From: the human T2T-CHM13v2.0 reference genome, Homo sapiens | Direction: 5' to 3' (one strand) | NCBI RefSeq assembly: GCF_009914755.1 | Contig: NC_060939.1 | DNA: 64,000 nt | Part shown: piece by piece, positions 1 to 14,236 of the stretch | How positions within the stretch are numbered: the stretch's first letter is position 1 | Layout of the letters: each line of letters starts with the position of its first letter | The notes under the pieces: model-generated | Databases searched by the model: none | What the model saw: the letters and a program-made list of their open reading frames with translations, nothing else | What the model was told of the DNA's origin: nothing | Translations under genes and position numbers: made by a program

Positions 1-822
1 GGCAGAGCAGGCAGGAACTCAGTCCTCTCCCTGGAGCACCGGGCCTGGAGGAGCTCACTTGCTGGCTGTGCAAGGGTGCAGCCTGGCTCCTGGGAGCCGG
101 GGATGGCTGGGAGTTCACCTCAGCAAGCCAGGAGCCTGCAGAGGACTTCAGCCCCACCCAGGCTTGCTACAGCTGCTCCCTGTGCCTCTCTGCACATGCC
201 ACCCATCCCGCCTAGTAGGTCTGGGCATTTTCCATGTGCTGGTGCACTTGCTGGTGAGCCCTGACAACAAGCACACTGTTGTTTTATGTATACCATGTAT
301 ACCTGTGTGCCCAGACTAGCATGTCTGAACGTTCTTGCCATGGATGCAAGTCCACGTCAAGTGCCTATGGGGTCTAGACATAGGCACGCACCAGCTGCTG
401 CTGTCTGAATGCTAACCTGTACCAGGTACCGTGCTGCTGGCTGTAGGGGTTAGCGCTTTCCATCTCTACAACAAGTCTGCAAGGTGAGGACAGTTATCTT
501 GCAACATTTGCAGATGGCGAAACTGAGGTGAGGGGGGTTAAATGACTTGTCCAAGACCACAGAGCTAGCAAGAGGCAGAAAGGTGTCTTGATCCAGGTTG
601 TGTGGCCCCAGAGTCCCTGTCCTTGACCCTATTCCATGTCCCTTCCTGCAGGTGGGTGTGGATACACACAGGTGTGCCAGTCTGTGTGTCTGATTCTCTT
701 CCCCAGGTGCCTGAATCCCCACCTCTCTGCATGGTGATAGTGTCCCCAAATAATCGATACTCCAGACAGTGTCTCAGCACACATATGCCCACGTCAAGAC
801 GCTTGTGTCAGATTATAAGATA

Positions 823-1196
<374 letters not shown>

Positions 1197-1335
1197 TCAA
1201 AACAAATCATTTCTCCCCCAACCTCATCTGCAAGATGGGTGTGATGATCCCCTCAGAGGTGTTGGCAAGGCATGGTGATCAGCGCCCTCCAGGCCCAGGC
1301 AGTCAGAGCCACACCCCCAACGCCCTCATGCTCAC

Positions 1336-1502
1336 CATGTCCAGCTTGCCCTTCTTGTGCAGGGCACTGGATATTGCCACCGAGGTAAGCACGCAGGCTG
1401 CCAAGGAGCAGTAGGTGTTGATGGCGGCTCGGTGCTGGCTGTCCCCATGGTAGGATATGGCTGAGTTGAAGCTGGGCCAGTACATCCACAGGAAGAGGGT
1501 GC
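1336..1502 (-). CDS. RHCG: RHCG coding exon 5 (F235 of the Phe gate)
   Basis: Acceptor gaccag, then (G)[55 protein letters not shown], donor GTGAGC. 167 nt. Cumulative CDS is 837 nt. No further exon recognised in 1-1335, so the gene continues outside the window. Confidence 0.97.
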
Positions 1503-2162
1503 CTGGTCAGACCAGACAGGCCCAATGGGCCCGGGAGGAGAGGCATTAGATACAGCCCCACAGCTCAGGCAGGCATCCTGTCCTTTAGCTCTAGAGATGA
1601 CCCCACACCCAGCTGTTTCCACCTCTGCAGCTTTAGTCATGCAGGGGCTCTTCCTGGAAGGCCCTCCCTGCCTTCCTTACCCCCCACTTAGCCTTCCACA
1701 CCACTCCAGGAAGTCTACCCTGACCCCCATTTCTGGGCTAAATGCCCCCACCCTGTTCCCACAGCGCCAGGAGGGAGAATCTTTTCTCTACTGTAGGGAG
1801 ATCCTCCACATGGCACTGCTTTCTCTTCCACTACGCTGTGAGGAGCTCCTGGAGGGCAGGGCTGGGTTTTGAGAGACCAGAATGGCTGTGGTCAGTGTCT
1901 TCTCTGGAATGAATGGACACAGGAAGTGGAAATGCACATCTTGCCCTAGCCCAGGGGATGGAGTGAGCAGCTCCTGGTTACCACTGTGTCTGCCTTGGGG
2001 CATTCTAGGGGAAATACAGGATGAGTGACCAACTTCTTTCAGCTTCATGGGGAAGGGGGACAGACATATGGGATTCTAGAAGTATCTATAGGCAAACTCT
2101 GTTTGCCCTTCCCCCAAAAAGAACTGGCAGCCATGCACCATACCACGTGGGGATCAGGTCTG

Positions 2163-2284
2163 ATCATGGTGGCCTTCACCCATCATGGTGGCCTTCACCC
2201 ATCATGGCTGCCTTCACCCATCATGGCCACCTTCACCCATCATGGTGGCCCTCGGTCATGATGGCAGTTCTCACCAATCATGGC
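2163..2284. repeat. 19-bp tandem repeat (~6 copies, unit ATCATGGTGGCCTTCACCC) overlapping the exon 4 donor
   Basis: Units start at 2163, 2182, 2201, 2220, 2239, 2258 and 2277. Confidence 0.9.
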
Positions 2285-2422
2285 AAAGAGGTCCGACTGG
2301 TACACAGAATTCTGTCTCTCCTTGCTCTGCTCTAGGTTGCGTCGGTAGAGGATCCGGGTCACTGTGAGCCCAAAGTAGGCGCCAAATGTGTGGATGGTCA
2401 TGGAGCCTCCTGCATCCTTCAC
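2275..2422 (-). CDS. RHCG: RHCG coding exon 4 (D177, pore His185)
   Basis: Acceptor ccccag, then [49 protein letters not shown], donor GTGAGA. 148 nt. Contains the DxGGSxxIH Amt/Rh signature. Confidence 0.97.
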
Positions 2423-3165
2423 CTGGGGTGCAAGGGGCCTGTCAGACTCTGGCACCTTCTCTCCCTCCCTCCTCATTGCCGTCCCTGTCTTGCCACACAC
2501 ACACACGCCCAGAGCTCCAGCCTTCTCGGACTCTTCAGGGTGCAGGATGGAGCCTGGGGCCTTCACGGACCAATCAACTGGTAATGGGGAGAAGGTAGGG
2601 ATTCCCATCAGCAAAATGCCAGGGTGTCCTCACCCAGCAGATTTGGTTGTTCCCAGATGGGGAAACCCAGGCCTGGAGACAGACTTGCTCATACTGCTGG
2701 AGGAGGTAAGGCAGAGGCAGAACTGAGGGAAACAACCTACCTGCTTTGTCACCCACTGGTTTCCACCTCTGTGCCTCTCATTTGACAAGCTCTGCATTTA
2801 CACCACCTGCTAGTGCCTTAGCAGGGCTGTTGTCAGGATTCATGCAGGCAACTTGCCCCTGGCGAGGGCCTGGCACTTAACAGGTGCCAGATTGATGTTT
2901 GTCCCCCTCACACTCACCTCTCCTTCTCTTTTACCTCCTCCTTCCTCCCCACCTAGAACCAATTTCAGATGAATAGAATCACAGACTCACTCCTTCACTT
3001 TAGATGGGGGAAACCCAGCCAGAGAGGTAAGTGTGTCATCCAAGGTCATAGAACTGGTTGTTGACAGGGCTGGGATTCTCGACTCCCAGCCTAGCAGATG
3101 CCTCTACTAGCTGTGTGACCTTAGGTGAGCCCCTTAACCCCTCTGAGCCTCAGCTTTCTCATCTA

Positions 3166-3762
<597 letters not shown>

Positions 3763-3789
3763 TCAGTGGGTGAATGGTCTTCTATGCAC

Positions 3790-4250
<461 letters not shown>

Positions 4251-5080
4251 TCTTCTCTATGCATTATTTATAGGGCACTCTGGCTGCTGAAGATGACTTT
4301 CCTTAGGGGCAAGGAAGGCAAGAATGCAGCCGGGGAGATGAGTCAGGAGGAAGAGATATGGTAGCTTGGACTAATCTGGTAGCTGAAAAAAATTACAAAA
4401 TGAATGACTGAATTTAGGGTGACCTAAATCACTCCCTGCCAAGGAGGGGGAGTTCCAGACAGAGTCCAAACGTAGAAGAGGAGGGTGCTAAGAAAAGGGT
4501 GCAGTTTCTACGTGAGATCCCCTACTGTCCAAAGGCACCAAGGAGGCTTCTGAGATAGAGTCAGAGGTCTAAGGTGCCTCTTATCTGAGCCACTGAATTG
4601 ACCTCCCCGAGGGAGCAGCACTCCTGTCATGGCCCATGTGAATGGCAGCTCTGGTGCTGTGTCGTACACACCATGGCCACCTTGGCCATTCACCTGGGAT
4701 CCTGTCCTACAGATTTGCCCCTTCAATACACCGGATTCCTTTTCTTGGCAGAGGAATCTGGAAATGTGGTATGTGTGCAAGAGTATGTGCAGGGATATCC
4801 TATTCATTCCATGTGATGTGTGGGAAAGAAAGGAGGGGGAAAAAAACAACATTCAAGGAAGCCCTGCTCTGTCCACGTGCTGGATTGATGGGCTAGGTGG
4901 ACTGTAGTACCTGCCTGGTAGATATTATTACTCCCACTTTAGAGATGAGAAAACTGAGTGACGTTCAGGAAGTTAAGTGACTCGCCAGGCTGGCATGTCT
5001 CCCCAGCTGTCTATTTCTCCATACCCTGCTGTCCCCCAAAGCACCCCCACCACCTCATCCCCATTCTGAGCCCTGCTCAC

Positions 5081-5231
5081 CTTTAGCAGGTTAAGGAGAA
5101 TGAACTCATTCACAGCGAAGAGGGTCACTTGGAAGAAAGTCATGATGAGCAGCTGAATGGGGCTGACTTTACCCAGAACTGCCCCAAAGGCCACGCAGAC
5201 AGAGGCCACGCAGAAGTCAGCGTTGATGAGG
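5081..5231 (-). CDS. RHCG: RHCG coding exon 3 (contains F130 of the Phe gate, and E166)
   Basis: Acceptor ccccacag, then (N)[50 protein letters not shown], donor GTGAGC. 151 nt. Confidence 0.97.
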
Positions 5232-6512
5232 CTGTGGGGAGACAGGCCAGTGGAGAAGCTGGGGCAATAGCAAAAAGTGGCACTGGAGGCCCTGGACTTT
5301 GGTCATATATGGATTTGGGCTTGTGGCTTAACCTTTCTGAGCTTCAGTTTCATCATCTACACTAATGGGCACCTAACATTTAGAGCTACTCCAAGAATGA
5401 AAAGAAACCACACGAGACAGGACTAGTACAGCAGCACACACCAGATGCCCACCTCCCATGCAGCCCATCTCAGGCCCCCGCTGCTTGCAGACAGCTTGGG
5501 CTCAGGGCACCATGTGGTCTGGTTGCTATTGTTGAACATGCCCCATATTTGGGGTCCTTCCCTGCCCTATAGCTTCTACCTGCTTTTCCAGAACCTCCTT
5601 TTACTGCCTCCTCTTTCAGGAAGTCTTCCTGTTTCCTCCAACCAGATGCAGTTTCTGCCTCCAGATCCTTATCTCTCACTCTGCACACACCTCTTCTGCT
5701 GGTAACCAGGGCCTTGTTATTGGGATCTTTCCTTTACCTTACCCATGAAGAGGATCTATGTCCAGGGAAGAGACAGGGGGGCCTTCCTGCAGGAAGGAGG
5801 GAGCTGGGGTGGTACTGGATGGAAGGAGGGAGCAGGAAGGCCAGCAGGGAGGATGGAGGCAAAGGGGCAGGTACATAGGTCCTGCTCAAGCCTGGACCCT
5901 GAACACCCTGCCAGCCCAGCAGAGGGCTGATGAAGAGGCAGACAGCTGAGTGGACATTGTGTAGACCCTGATTCCATCCATGTGCCCACTTTGCCCAAGC
6001 CTGGCCTCCTTGTCCCCTGCCAGCAGCAAAGCTGCCCTCTGGATTCCAAGGCAAGACCCTCAGTGTGGCTCTTAGGCCGGGAGAGTTGTTGATGGGGTGG
6101 GTGGGGGTCTGTCACATCTAGAAAGGACTCCCTTCCCCTTCCATGCTCAGGGCTGTGTGTATGAGAGAGAGAATGGGGTGAGGAGTGAGAATGAAACTAA
6201 TTGTAGGGCCAGTTCACTGGACTGTCCACTCCACTATTGCCTCATTCACCGCTGTGTCCCCAGGGCCTAGTGCAGGGCCTGGCTAAATGATCGATGGCAG
6301 TTCCTAAGTGCTAGGCTCTGGGGTATCTACTAAGTACTGTATATGCCCTCCTGTGCCATCCCTGAGCCATACAAGACAGGCACTGTCATTAGCCACATCA
6401 TTTAGATGAGACATGGAGAATTAGAGAGGCTAAGTTTTTTGCCCAAGATCCCATAACTGCAGCTGGAAGATTCATCTTGATAGAAGTGACCATTAGAAAG
6501 GAGAGAGAGAGA

Positions 6513-6811
6513 GGCCGGCCATGGTGGCTCACACCTGTAATCCCAGCACTTTGGGAGGCCGAGGCAGGTGGATCACGAGGTCAGCAGTTCAAGACCATCC
6601 TGGCCAACATGGTGAAACCCCATCTCTACTAAAAATACAAAAATTAGCTGGGCTTGGTGGCAGACACCTGTAATCCTAGCTACTCAGGAGGCTGAGGCAT
6701 GAGAATCACTTGTACCCAGGAAGTGGAGGTTGCAGCGAGCCAAGATCGCACCACTGCATTCCAGCCTGGGTGATAGAGCAAAACTCAGTCTCAAAAAAAA
6801 AAAAAAAAAAA
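6513..6811 (+). mobile_element. AluS
   Basis: Full dimer, poly(A), GGAGAGAGAGA target duplication. Confidence 0.95.
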
Positions 6812-8560
6812 ATGGAGAGAGAGAACAGAAAGGCCCATCCCTTGGGCTATCAGCATTTGGGAGATGGAGATCCAGATGCCACATCTCAGGAGGGCCGAGG
6901 AAGCTTGGGCAGGGCCTGAAGAGGGGCACTTTCTACAGTGACAGGTGGGACTTAGAAGACTCTTCAGCAGGGACAGGCCAGAAGCCAGGGGGAGGGTCCA
7001 CATCTCTGGATCCACAAGGTCAGGTCTGGGGACAATATGCTCATCCCAGCCCCGGGCACCAGAAATCAGCTCCAAGTCAGGTGCTGAAAAATCAATCTCC
7101 TGAGAGCCAATTTGTCCAAACTCAGTTTTTCAAGTGACCAACTTGCTGAACAACTGCTTCACCAAAAGCCTGTTAACTCACGGTTTGTAATAATTCCCTT
7201 TGAATTTTTTTGAGATTAAAAAAAATTCATTTAGCCATAGCTATTTTGCTGTGGTGGCCAATGATATATATTACAGGTGTTTTTATACTTTGGATCTATG
7301 GTTTTGGGAATGATAATTTCTTGTGCATTTTGAACTTCGGGGTGATATGCATGTCAAGGGTCTTATAAACAAAAAGACTTGTTTACTGGTTCCAACACAT
7401 ATCCAGTCAACTATCTTTCCTGTTTCTCTTAATTCATGGATTAATTATCTGGTTTGGATGAAGTAACTTTTTGCAAATATTTGACATGTGTCCTAGATTT
7501 CAGACACCTGGCTATCATACCTCGTTGGTATCCTAAGAGTAACAGCAGGGATTTGCCCTTTAAAGGTGGTTTATACCAGTTTGCCTCTAAGCCCTTTCTG
7601 TGGACAGTTTATGAGTGAGCTAATGAATGTTCATTTTCACACACCAATGATTACTTTTCTCAAATTAATTTTTTTTCTTGAAGGATGGGAGAATGGAGGA
7701 AAACATTTTTTTTTCTTTAGCTGACCTTTTCATATGTCTACAGAAATAAAAGTCTGTCTAAACTGGACTTAAAGAAGAACCTCCAATAAACTAAAACTTG
7801 GCTAAAGCAGGAAAAATCTCCCAAAGGTTCTTGAGTAGGACCAGAGCAACACAAATTGCTATAGGTTTCATAAGTTGCCATGGGATAGAGAGTTTGATAA
7901 ATGAGTCATTCAGTGAGCTGACCACTTTCTCCATTGATTTTTTTGGCAAGTTGGCTTTGGGTGAATTTATTTTATAACCTGTTGGTGGTGTTGTGGGTTG
8001 GGGAGGTGTGTTGAGGCTTGGAGGAGGTCACTGCAGAACAGAGGGAGGGGCTGAGTCACCTGACAAGAAGGGGCTGGTGGTGCTCATCAGGCCAAGTCAT
8101 CATAGAGAAGTCATGAGAAGGATGGAGCTGAGAAGTGACAGTAGGGTGCTCCACCCGTGGAAGCTGAGGAGGGGGCAGGGCTTCAGCCCTAACACTCCAC
8201 ACCCACACCTGTCTCACAGCTGTTTCCAGCACCTGTTCCCTGGGGTGGGTGGGGGCGGTGAAGCAAGGCAGGGAGAGAGGTACCTCCATTTGGCTGGAGT
8301 CCCCATTCGGTGTTTCCTTCACAAGGAGCCTCTGAGGCTGGTGCAGACATCCCAGTTCTCCCACCAGAGTCCCGTGGGCTGCGGTCTCTCAGGACACAGG
8401 GCTGGGCGATTTTGATGTGCCGGGCCCGGTCGGACCCTGCCCCCAGAGGAAAGTCTAGCCTCAAGTCCCTGCAGCCTTTGTCGTAGGGGAAGGGAGACCC
8501 TCCTATGTATGACACTTGGACGACTCCCACCCTGGAGAATCGCTGATCAGGAAGCGAAGT

Positions 8561-8674
<114 letters not shown>

Positions 8675-8689
8675 CTGTCTCGCAAGCCC

Positions 8690-9260
8690 AGTGTGGCCCA
8701 AAGGAGGAGTTGCCCTCCAGCCTCAAGCCCGGGTCCCGCCGATGGGCACGCCCTCCTCCCTCAGGCTCACCTGCCCAGCCCCATCCCTCCCAGTCCGCCA
8801 CGCCCCCGGGGCCCGCCCTGCGCTCACTTCTCCACGCCCACGACGATGTAGCGGTCTTGTAAGAAGTGGAACCAGCCCTGCATGAGCAGCGCCCACTGGA
8901 TGCCGAAGGCTGCCAACAGGAAGTTGAAGCCCACGGCGCTGAAGCCGTAGCGCTGCAGGAAAGTCATGAGGAAGCCGAAGCCCACGAAGACCATCACGTG
9001 CACGTCCTGGAAGCCTGCGGGGACAGTGCAGCCCGGGACTCGGTGGTCTGGCGAAGGTTCGTCCCAGCCCTGGGTCTGGGCCAGGAAGGCCGGGGTAGCC
9101 CCTCAGTCTTCCCCGCCACTGGCGCGTCTCCCTGCTCCACCATCCTAACCCGGTTCCCCCACCCCCACCCCCACATCTGAACCCTGGGGCTGGGCAAGGT
9201 AACGCTGCGGGCAGAGCCTCCAGTTCCTTCATAAGGGCCTCTCTAGAAAGGGAGGCGCTG
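8690..9260. promoter_or_regulatory. Intragenic CpG-rich island over RHCG exon 2
   Basis: Many CpGs and high GC in exon 2 and both flanking intron ends, in contrast to CpG-depleted surroundings. Confidence 0.6.
8828..9014 (-). CDS. RHCG: RHCG coding exon 2
   Basis: Acceptor ccgcag, then (S)[61 protein letters not shown], donor GTGAGC. 187 nt, phase matches exon 1. Typical Rh-family motif. Confidence 0.97.
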
Positions 9261-10099
9261 GGGGGGACCCGAGGTGGGCCCCCACCTTAGCCTATTTAAA
9301 CCACTGGGCTGTAGTGCCAAGAGATTCCCAAACACCCTCCTTGAGAGATGGCAGCTCCTTGGTTCTACCCTCCTCCCTGGGTGGCTCTGCTGGCCCAGGC
9401 TGGAGGTGGCAGCTGGGCATCAGAATTTGGGGCCAGGTGTGGGTTACACACAGGGTCTAAGGTCGATAGCCCAGACCGTCTGAGGCTATGATGCCCTGCC
9501 CTCTCCACCGCAATCCTGTTCCTTTGCTGTGGAGAATCAATGCTCATCCGGCCAAGGAGTAGCCTGGACAGGCCAAGCACATCAGTTATAGCTGATCACA
9601 TCCCCATATCCCACCACTGACTCCAGCAGATACACATCCCCGCATCCCTGAGACTTGAATTTGGACCCCGGTTACTCCATCTTCTGGGTGGATGACTCTG
9701 GGAAAGTTAAGTATTTTAACTCGGGGCTTGGCACCTGCTTCTGCAATGCTTACATCACAGATGTTGTGAGGATTAAACACACATGTGTATGTAAAGAAGC
9801 ATCTAGCACAGTGTCTACCCCATAGTAGGTGATCTAAATGGGCAGATGTCATCGTTTATGTTCACTCAGGCATGGCCTAATTCTGAGTTCTGACCCAAGT
9901 CTTCTCCAACTCACAATGTGGCCTTGGCAAGCCACTTCCCTTCTCAGAGCCTCAGTTTTCTCAACGACCAAACTAAAGGGATGTATTAGGATGATCTTAA
10001 CTGCCCTCTCAGCGCTTATGTTGCATGGTTCTCAACTCCAAGAAAATAACAGAAGACAAAGAGCTTTGAGAAGCAAAGAGAATTGCAAAAGCATAACAC

Positions 10100-11140
10100 A
10101 CAAATAGGAACCTCAGATGTCACAGGACACAGGGGCCAGATGGAAGGGCTCCCACTGGCCAAATCTGGGACAATCTGAGCACCAAAGCAATTATGTGTTA
10201 TAATGAATTAAAACCATTAAAAAAGGAACTCATGAGATCATACTGATAATAAGTTGGTAAACAAATAAATGAGGTAGCAGATAGGGCTCTTGCCTACAGT
10301 AGAATGCTGAGGCTACACTTAAATATGGAAAAAGTGCTAGAGTTGGAAAATCATCATTTTCATGGTAAAGATTCAATCAGTGGATGCTAAATGCAGGGGG
10401 AAATTTTGAGTATGCACAGGACGTTTGCATTGTCTTAAAGGGTTTCCTTATAGACTGCTTATTAGTTGCAGGGGAAGAAAATAACAGTAATTATACTGGG
10501 CAACATATTGACTGGGTGATCAAAATTAATATCACTCATGCCTCCACATGTGATACCCTGAAAAGGACCTATCCCCTAGGTGGGATTCTAGCTGAGACTG
10601 CAGAACCCAATCTAATCATGAGAAAACATCAGACAAACACAAAATGAGGAACATGTTACTAACAAGGGGAAAGGCTGTATTCTTGAAAAGTATCAGTCAT
10701 AAAAGACCTTTGAAATGTTCCAGATTAAAAGACATGACAAAAGGTATTAAAGTTAATACCTTACTCTAGACTGGATTCTGTATTTGGTGGGGCTGGGAGA
10801 ATGGGGGGGGGGGAGTGCTATAATGGTCATTATTGGGTCCATTGAGAAAATCAGATATAAACAGATTAAGATATTATATTAATAAGATATAAACAGGTGA
10901 AGATATTGCATTAATGGAAATTTATGAAGCTGATTACTATGGTTATGGAAGAGAATATCCCCCTTCTTAGGAAATATACTGGAATAGTTAAGGGTAGAGG
11001 GCCATGACGTATGTGACTGACCCTCACATGGTTCAGAAAAACAAAGCACACATGTGTATGTGTGCATGTGTGTATGTGCGTGTGCATCCGTGTAGAGAAA
11101 GAGTGAGCAAATAGCTGAGTCTGAGTTAGAGTATATGGTG
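10100..11140 (+). mobile_element. Old L1M (MC/ME-type) 3' fragments
   Basis: AT-rich sequence with L1M 3'UTR-like phrases (tctaatcatgagaaaacatcagacaaac; ttcttaggaaatatactgg). Confidence 0.55.
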
Positions 11141-11144
11141 TTCT

Positions 11145-11452
11145 TTTATTGTTGTTGTTGTTGAGACATAGTCTCATTTTGTCGCCCTGGCTGGAGTGCA
11201 GTGGCACAATCTCAGCTCACTGAAACCTCTGCCTCCTGGGGTTCAAACGATCCTCCCACCTCAGCCTCTGCAGCAGCTGGGATTACAGGCATGTGCCACC
11301 ACACCCAGCTAATTTTTTTTTTTTTAACTTTTAGTAGAGACAGGATTTTGCTATGTGGGCCAGGCTGGTCTCAAACTCCAGGCCTCAAGTGATCTGTCCA
11401 TCTTGGGCTCCCAGAGTGCTGCGATTACAGATGTGAACCACTGCACCTGGCC
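11145..11452 (-). mobile_element. Alu (J/S)
   Basis: Antisense dimer with (TTG)n tail. Confidence 0.93.
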
Positions 11453-11824
11453 AGAGTGTAGCTTTCTTTGTGCTATTTCTGTTTGAGCAACTTTTTGTAA
11501 ATTTGGGATTATTTCCAAGTAAACAGTCAAAAGGAAAAGAGACTCCAGGGCCCTGACAGGCCTGTCCCAGCCCCGCCCACCTGTCTCCCGGGGGATTCCT
11601 ACTCCCTCACCCACCTGCCTCCCAGGGGATCTCTACCTCCCCACATCTTCACCTCCCCCGGTGCTCCAGCTGCTCTGGCCTCCCTTCTGCTTCTCAGTCC
11701 CACACTCTAGGGTCTTTGCCTATGGTGTCCCTGCCACTTGGGATGCTGTTCCTGCAGAATGGCCAGCAGATCTCAGCAAATTGTCACCTCATTAGAGAGG
11801 CCTTCCTGACCACCCATTTAAGAT

Positions 11825-11895
11825 AGGTTCTCCCCCTATGGCACCCTGTTTTCTTTCCTAGGTTCTCTCCCTTATGGCACCCTTTTTTCTTTCAC
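11825..11895. repeat. ~36-bp imperfect tandem duplication
   Basis: taggttctc..cc.tatggcaccct..ttttctttc occurs twice, adjacent. Confidence 0.7.
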
Positions 11896-13497
11896 GGTTC
11901 TTGTTATAATTTGAAGTTACACATTTGTTTGTCTATCCCACTACGCTATAAAACTCCAAGAAGGCAGAGCCATGCCTGTTTTGTTCACTGTGGTATTCCC
12001 AGCACCTAGGAGAGTGCCAAGGTCGACTCTCAGTTAATAGCTATGGATGAATGAATGATTGTTATTGTCTCAGAAGCACCCAGGTGTGCCAGCTGAGCAG
12101 TGGTCCAGGAGCTCAGGTGGGATTTCACAGGAAGGGCTGCAGCCCCCCTCCAGTCCGCCTCCCACCAGGAGGGCTGACAGGTTCTGGTGCCCACTGCAGC
12201 CTGGCCAAGGCTGCAGGAGCAATGCTTACGGCACAGCTGCCTGCACCTTGCCTGCCCTCATCTGTTTCCCTTCCAGGCTTCCCTGAGGCCCAGGCCAAGG
12301 CCACAGACCCCTCAGCTAGCAGCTACCTGGAGGAGGCTTAGGGGGCTTGGCACACTGAAGGGCAGGGGTACAAGCCAGTGTGGGAGAGCTGTGGGTCCTG
12401 CCCCAGGGTGGTGCTCTGAACTTCCCTCTGAATTTAGCATCGGTGCTGAGTTTACATGAACAAATACACCTCAGCTTAGGTTTCTCAATGTGCGCAAATG
12501 ATTTCATGTATGATCGTGTTGCAGGGTTTATCACATTTCTAACTGTTGTGGAAGAAATTGAGCTGATGTATGTGAAGCACCATAAATGGTATTATGGTTA
12601 TTCTGGGAAGAACTGATGGGTGACAGACTGGAAGAGAGGTGTGAAAGAGAGGGAGGTGACAAATTCAGATGACAATTCCAGAAGCGGGGAGGGGAGTTGG
12701 CAGGATGACAGGATGGCAGCGCTGTTGACAAACACAAGGCAGTGGGAAGAGGTTGCTGCGTGGGAGGGAGGTGCTGGGTCTGGCCTGGCCGTGGTGAATT
12801 TCAGATGACCAGGGGGGTGAGGGCTGGGCTGGTGGGCGGGGGTTAGGGGGAGAAATGGAGCCTGGCTGTGGGGGCTTGGAGCTGAGGTCTGAGATTGGCC
12901 AGGCCTGCAAATAGAGCTGTGAGTTGCAATGTGGGAATGAAGGGAGAGAGAGACACAAGCTGAGAACTGGCTGTGCCTTGAAGCTAGCAGAGAAGACGAA
13001 GGACACGCTGGCAGGGAGGTGGGAGGAGCCCCTGGGGGAAGACAGCATCACCGCAAGTGGGGTCCTTTCGATGAGAAGGGTGTCAGTTGCCTGGTGGTAT
13101 AGAGGCGACATGCTGGCAGGGGCGAAGCTGAAGAGGACCAAGGGAGCCGCTGCTGCAGGGGAAGGTGTGTGTGGTTTCAGGGCTGCCTTGGCCTCTGTGT
13201 GGCCTGAGAGCAGGAGCAGGGAGCCCTCGCTTTCCTGGTCCATCCTCCCTGCCTGTCCCCTCTCACCCTGCTCTTCTCCCTGCTCTGGTGGGTGCCCTGT
13301 CTCTCCTTTTCACCCTGTCTGGGGGTGTCTCTTTTCTTCTCTTCCCTCCGTCAGGAACACAGACACCCACTTCCTTCTCCTTGGGCACCTCCCCAATTTG
13401 TCCTCTTGCTTCCCATCTCTTTATCTGTCAAACTGGTCTTAATTCAGCATCAAAATGTATCCATTTATTAATTTCTGTTTCATAAAGTATGATGCTA

Positions 13498-13821
<324 letters not shown>

Positions 13822-14217
13822 GATTTTTAATAGTGACGATTTGAGGGTCCAAACCGTATGGACCTTTAGCAAAGGACAGAACTTCTCAGATCTACAGGTT
13901 CTTTGTCAGTCAAATGGGAGATAGTAACAGCCCCTGGACAGTGCTCACTGCAGAGCTTTGTAGCACACATGTAATGGTATAACGCAATCAAAGCCCTATG
14001 CGAAGGCAGCTGGCTCTTTAGAAATTGCCCCATCATATAAGTTATTATTTCTCTTTTCCTCTTTCAAGACTGACAAGGTTGCATTGGGTTGGCAACTTGC
14101 TGAGGGTCAACAGAAGTTGACCCTCAGTCTCCCTCCCCAGCTTTGGTGACTCCAGCTGTCCTGCCCAGAACTGGCTTCCTCAACCTGGAGGTCCCTGATG
14201 GGGCAGGGCTGGCACTC

Positions 14218-14236
14218 TGGCCTCCAGGGGGCACCA
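14218..14236 (+). promoter_or_regulatory. Candidate CTCF site (intron 1)
   Basis: TGGCCTCCAGGGGGCACCA is a close match to the CTCF core. Motif evidence only. Confidence 0.4.

Noticed and set aside
12665-13485. Overlapping 170-190 aa ORFs in intron 1
   Set aside because: Low-complexity GC-rich sequence with no protein-family signature.
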